Positions 61,398 to 64,000 of a DNA stretch of 64,000 bases are shown one piece after another. Numbering within the stretch: the stretch's first letter is position 1; each line of letters begins with the position of its first letter. Origin of the DNA: an uncultured Lentibacter sp. (lineage in GTDB: Bacteria > Pseudomonadota > Alphaproteobacteria > Rhodobacterales > Rhodobacteraceae). The stretch covers positions 1,833 through 65,832 of the forward strand of contig NZ_CAKZKL010000011.1 in assembly GCF_937123735.1 (NCBI RefSeq), read 5' to 3'. The position numbers were made by a program, and so were the translations under genes. The notes beneath the pieces were generated by a model. That model did no database searches, was not told the origin of the DNA, and saw only the letters and a program-made list of their open reading frames with translations.

Positions 61398-63256
61398 TGC
61401 ATTCCTTATTACTCCTTCCCACGATTTATCTTTTGGCAGCGGTGATTGCCGTGCCTCTGGCCTCTCGGCTGGGGCTTGGCTCGGTGTTGGGCTATCTCAG
61501 CGCCGGTATGATCATCGGGGTGATGCCGGGGCTGGGCGACGAGACCCGCGATTTGCAGCATTTTGCCGAGTTCGGCGTTGTGATGATGCTCTTTATCATC
61601 GGGCTGGAGTTGAGCCCGGGTGCGCTTTGGGCCATGCGCCACAGACTTGTCGGGTTGGGCGGGTTGCAGATTGTGCTGACAATCCTTGCGGTGTTTGTGG
61701 CTGCGTCCTTGTTTGGCTTTGCCTGGCAGACGGGCCTGGCCATCGGCCTTGTGCTCTCGCTCAGCTCAACGGCGATTGTGCTGCAAACGCTGAGCGAAAA
61801 AGGGCTTGTGCAAACCTCGGGGGGGCGTTCGGTTTTTGCGGTGCTGCTCACGCAGGATATTGCGGTCATCCCCTTTCTGGCGTTGATCCCGCTTTTGGGC
61901 GTGGCAGGGGCCGCCGCGATCAATCCGGACGGCTCCATCGCGCGGGCCGCGGGGGAGGCAGCGCATCATGCGACCCTGTTTGAAAACCTGCCCGCCTGGG
62001 GGGTGACACTGGCCACGTTGGGCACCATTGCGCTGGTGATCGCCGTGGGGGTGTTTTTGACCAAACCTATTTTTCGCTACATCCATGCGACCCGGCTCAG
62101 AGAGATGTTTACGGCCCTGGCTTTGCTGATTGTGATTGGCAACGCCTATGTGATGACCCTCTTGGGGCTGTCGCCCGCTTTGGGCGCGTTTTTGGCCGGG
62201 GTTGTGTTGGCCAACAGCGAGTTTCGCCACGAGCTTGAGAGCGATATTGAGCCGTTCAAGGGCCTGCTTCTGGGGCTGTTTTTCATCACTGTGGGCGCAA
62301 GCATCAACTTTGAGGCGCTGATGGCAGAGCCCGGACGGATGCTTGGGCTGGCGCTCGGGCTGATCGTGATGAAGGGGCTTGTGCTGTTTGCTCTGGGCTT
62401 TGGCTTCGGGTTGCGCCGCCGCGAGCTTTGGCTCTTTACGCTGGCGCTGGCGCAGGCGGGCGAATTTGGCTTTGTGTTGATTTCCTTTGCCGGCCAGCAG
62501 GGGGTCTTTGCTGACGTTGTCGGCAATACGCTTTTGCTTGTGATCACCCTTTCGATGCTGATGACGCCGATCCTGTTTTTGATCTACGATTTCGTATCCA
62601 AGCGCTTCGAAGGCGGAAAGCAGGCGGCGGAACCGGACGAGATCGACAAGGCGGGGCCGGTGATCATTGCCGGGGTCGGGCGGTTTGGGCAGATTGTCAA
62701 CCGGCTGGTGGAAAGCAGCGGCTTTAAGACCGTGGTTTTGGACAACAACCTTGAGCGCATTCAGCTTATGCGCAGTTTTGGATACCGCGCCTTTCTGGGC
62801 GATCCGACCCGGCCTGAGCTTTTGCGCGCCGCAGGGCTGCGCGACGCGCGGGTATTGGTTGTCTCAATTGACGACACCGCCGCTGCGCTGCGGCTGGTGC
62901 GCCATGCCCGCAAGGAGCGGCCTGACATCCATATCATCGCACGGGCGCGAGACCGTGGCCATGTGTTTGCGCTTTATGAGGCGGGGGCAAATGATATTGT
63001 GCGCGAGCTGTTTGACAGCTCGTTGCGCGCCGGGCGCTATGTGCTCGAGAATGTGGGCATGAGCGACTATGAGGCCGCCGAGGCCGAGCAGGCCTTTTAT
63101 GCCCATGACCGTATGGCGCTCAAGGAGCTGGCGCAGCTTTGGGAGCCGGGCCAGGATATGGCCAACAACGAGGCCTACCGCAAGCGCGTGCGCGAGCTGG
63201 AAAAAGAGCTGGAGCTGAGTTTGCAGGCCCTGGCCGAGGGCAAGAAAAGCGCCTAG
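61397..63256 (+). CDS. CPA2-family cation/proton antiporter with a TrkA-N (RCK) domain, KefB/KefC-like
   Basis: The start is set at MHSLLLLPTIYLLAAV, overlapping the lrp stop (TGATG). A polytopic Na_H_exchanger-type region is followed by VIIAGVGRFGQIV, a Rossmann motif. Confidence 0.9.
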   Translation: MHSLLLLPTIYLLAAVIAVPLASRLGLGSVLGYLSAGMIIGVMPGLGDETRDLQHFAEFGVVMMLFIIGLELSPGALWAMRHRLVGLGGLQIVLTILAVFVAASLFGFAWQTGLAIGLVLSLSSTAIVLQTLSEKGLVQTSGGRSVFAVLLTQDIAVIPFLALIPLLGVAGAAAINPDGSIARAAGEAAHHATLFENLPAWGVTLATLGTIALVIAVGVFLTKPIFRYIHATRLREMFTALALLIVIGNAYVMTLLGLSPALGAFLAGVVLANSEFRHELESDIEPFKGLLLGLFFITVGASINFEALMAEPGRMLGLALGLIVMKGLVLFALGFGFGLRRRELWLFTLALAQAGEFGFVLISFAGQQGVFADVVGNTLLLVITLSMLMTPILFLIYDFVSKRFEGGKQAAEPDEIDKAGPVIIAGVGRFGQIVNRLVESSGFKTVVLDNNLERIQLMRSFGYRAFLGDPTRPELLRAAGLRDARVLVVSIDDTAAALRLVRHARKERPDIHIIARARDRGHVFALYEAGANDIVRELFDSSLRAGRYVLENVGMSDYEAAEAEQAFYAHDRMALKELAQLWEPGQDMANNEAYRKRVRELEKELELSLQALAEGKKSA

Positions 63257-63978
63257 GCGTTTTGCAGCGCCGCAAGCTCACAAAGCGAGACGCGCGGGAG
63301 CGCCTCAAACAGCGCATGGGTGAGGCGGCGGGCTTCAAACCCGGCCCAGTCTTCGCCCAGCAGCGCCTCGGGCAATTCGGGCTGGCGCAGAATGATCCGC
63401 CGCCATGTGTGCAGCACCAGAAGGCGCAGCGCGAGCCTGTCTTGCGCGCAGAGTGTGACGCCAGAAGCCGCATTCAAGACAGGGCGCAGCGCTTTGGTAT
63501 AAAGTGAAAATTCCACCAAGGCTTCGGGGGGCATTAGGGCCGCGCGCATCCAGTCCGGGACATCTTCTGCTGCCAAGGTGAGCGGCGCGGCAGGTGTGGC
63601 CGGCGCAACAAGAATGTTCGGCCCGATGGCCACGGAGCCGGCTTTGGCCTCACGCGTGGCATCTTCCACAAGGGTGATCTGCCAGTCAGCGCGCCTGCTC
63701 TCGGGCGCGCGGTAGATGCGCACATAGGCGGCGCGGGTGAGCGCTTCGCCCGTGGGTGAGAGGTGATAGGCGCTGCGGCGGCCTGTCTTGACCGCCTCAA
63801 GCCAACCGTCCTTGCGCAAACGGTGCAGCGCCACGCGCAGCGCTTCGGGCTTGACCCCGAAAGGCGCTGTGAGCGCGGCGAGCAACTGGCTGTCAATGAG
63901 CCCATCGCGCGCCGGGGCGATATCGCCAAAGATTGTCACGATGAGCGACCATGTCTTGAGAGGCCCCTGCCCCTGCAA
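63253..63978 (-). CDS. PaaX-family transcriptional regulator (5' end uncertain, frame open to the window edge)
   Basis: SLIVTIFGD...ALRVALHRLRKDGWL is typical of PaaX. The track start is a TTG and the reading frame has no stop up to position 64000. Confidence 0.75.
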   Translation of the reverse strand: MQGQGPLKTWSLIVTIFGDIAPARDGLIDSQLLAALTAPFGVKPEALRVALHRLRKDGWLEAVKTGRRSAYHLSPTGEALTRAAYVRIYRAPESRRADWQITLVEDATREAKAGSVAIGPNILVAPATPAAPLTLAAEDVPDWMRAALMPPEALVEFSLYTKALRPVLNAASGVTLCAQDRLALRLLVLHTWRRIILRQPELPEALLGEDWAGFEARRLTHALFEALPRVSLCELAALQNA

Positions 63979-64000
63979 AGCCTGAAATGTCGTCTCAAAT

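Noticed and set aside
1-64000. Search for CRISPR arrays, tRNA/rRNA genes, IS elements, integrases, toxin-antitoxin pairs or defence systems.
   Set aside because: I saw no regularly spaced direct repeats, cloverleaf-like sequences, transposase- or integrase-like ORFs, or defence-type domains in any frame.

Overview
About 54 kb of this window (positions 1 to ~54,000) is one large flagellar gene island. It is the sigma54/FleQ-controlled polar-flagellum type, and its gene content and order recall gammaproteobacterial polar systems and, from memory, the Rhodobacter sphaeroides fla1 set. The recognisable blocks are: fliOPQR-flhB; fliKLMN; fleT-fliEFGHIJ; flgBCDEFGHIJKL; flhA-flhF-flhG-fliA; flgP-flgT-flgA-flgM-flgN plus a DUF2802-like gene; fleQ; fliD; fliS; and PomAB-like motAB. 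I could read about ten -24/-12 (sigma54) promoters directly from the sequence, and four sigma28-like promoters that share an unusual GWCGTT -10 core. The last ~10 kb looks GC-richer by eye and carries ordinary chromosomal genes: FAD oxidoreductase, GT8-like protein, metY, a Pro-rich protein, Lrp/AsnC, a KefB/C-type antiporter and PaaX. No rRNA, tRNA, CRISPR array, IS element or flagellin gene was seen. The most unusual items are these. (1) The hook protein FlgE (1358 aa) and the junction protein FlgK (1416 aa) are both giant. A separate 271-aa minimal FlgE-like paralogue has its own sigma54 promoter. (2) Six uncharacterised genes are fused onto the 3' end of the flhB operon: a 2-TM peptide, a 4-Cys mini-protein, a coiled-coil membrane protein, a PDZ-like/2-TM protein, and two cNMP-like domain ORFs separated only by an in-frame TGA. 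(3) A translationally coupled pair encodes a nitrile-hydratase-leader-like (NHLP-like) protein and a secreted Sel1-repeat (MotX-like) protein. (4) Two divergent sigma54 promoters share one palindromic TTGCAA -12 element between flgB and two unknown genes. (5) The two enhancer-binding proteins have complementary truncations: FleT-like has no HTH, and FleQ-like has no N-terminal domain. All functional calls rest on motif and architecture recognition by eye. No searches were run.
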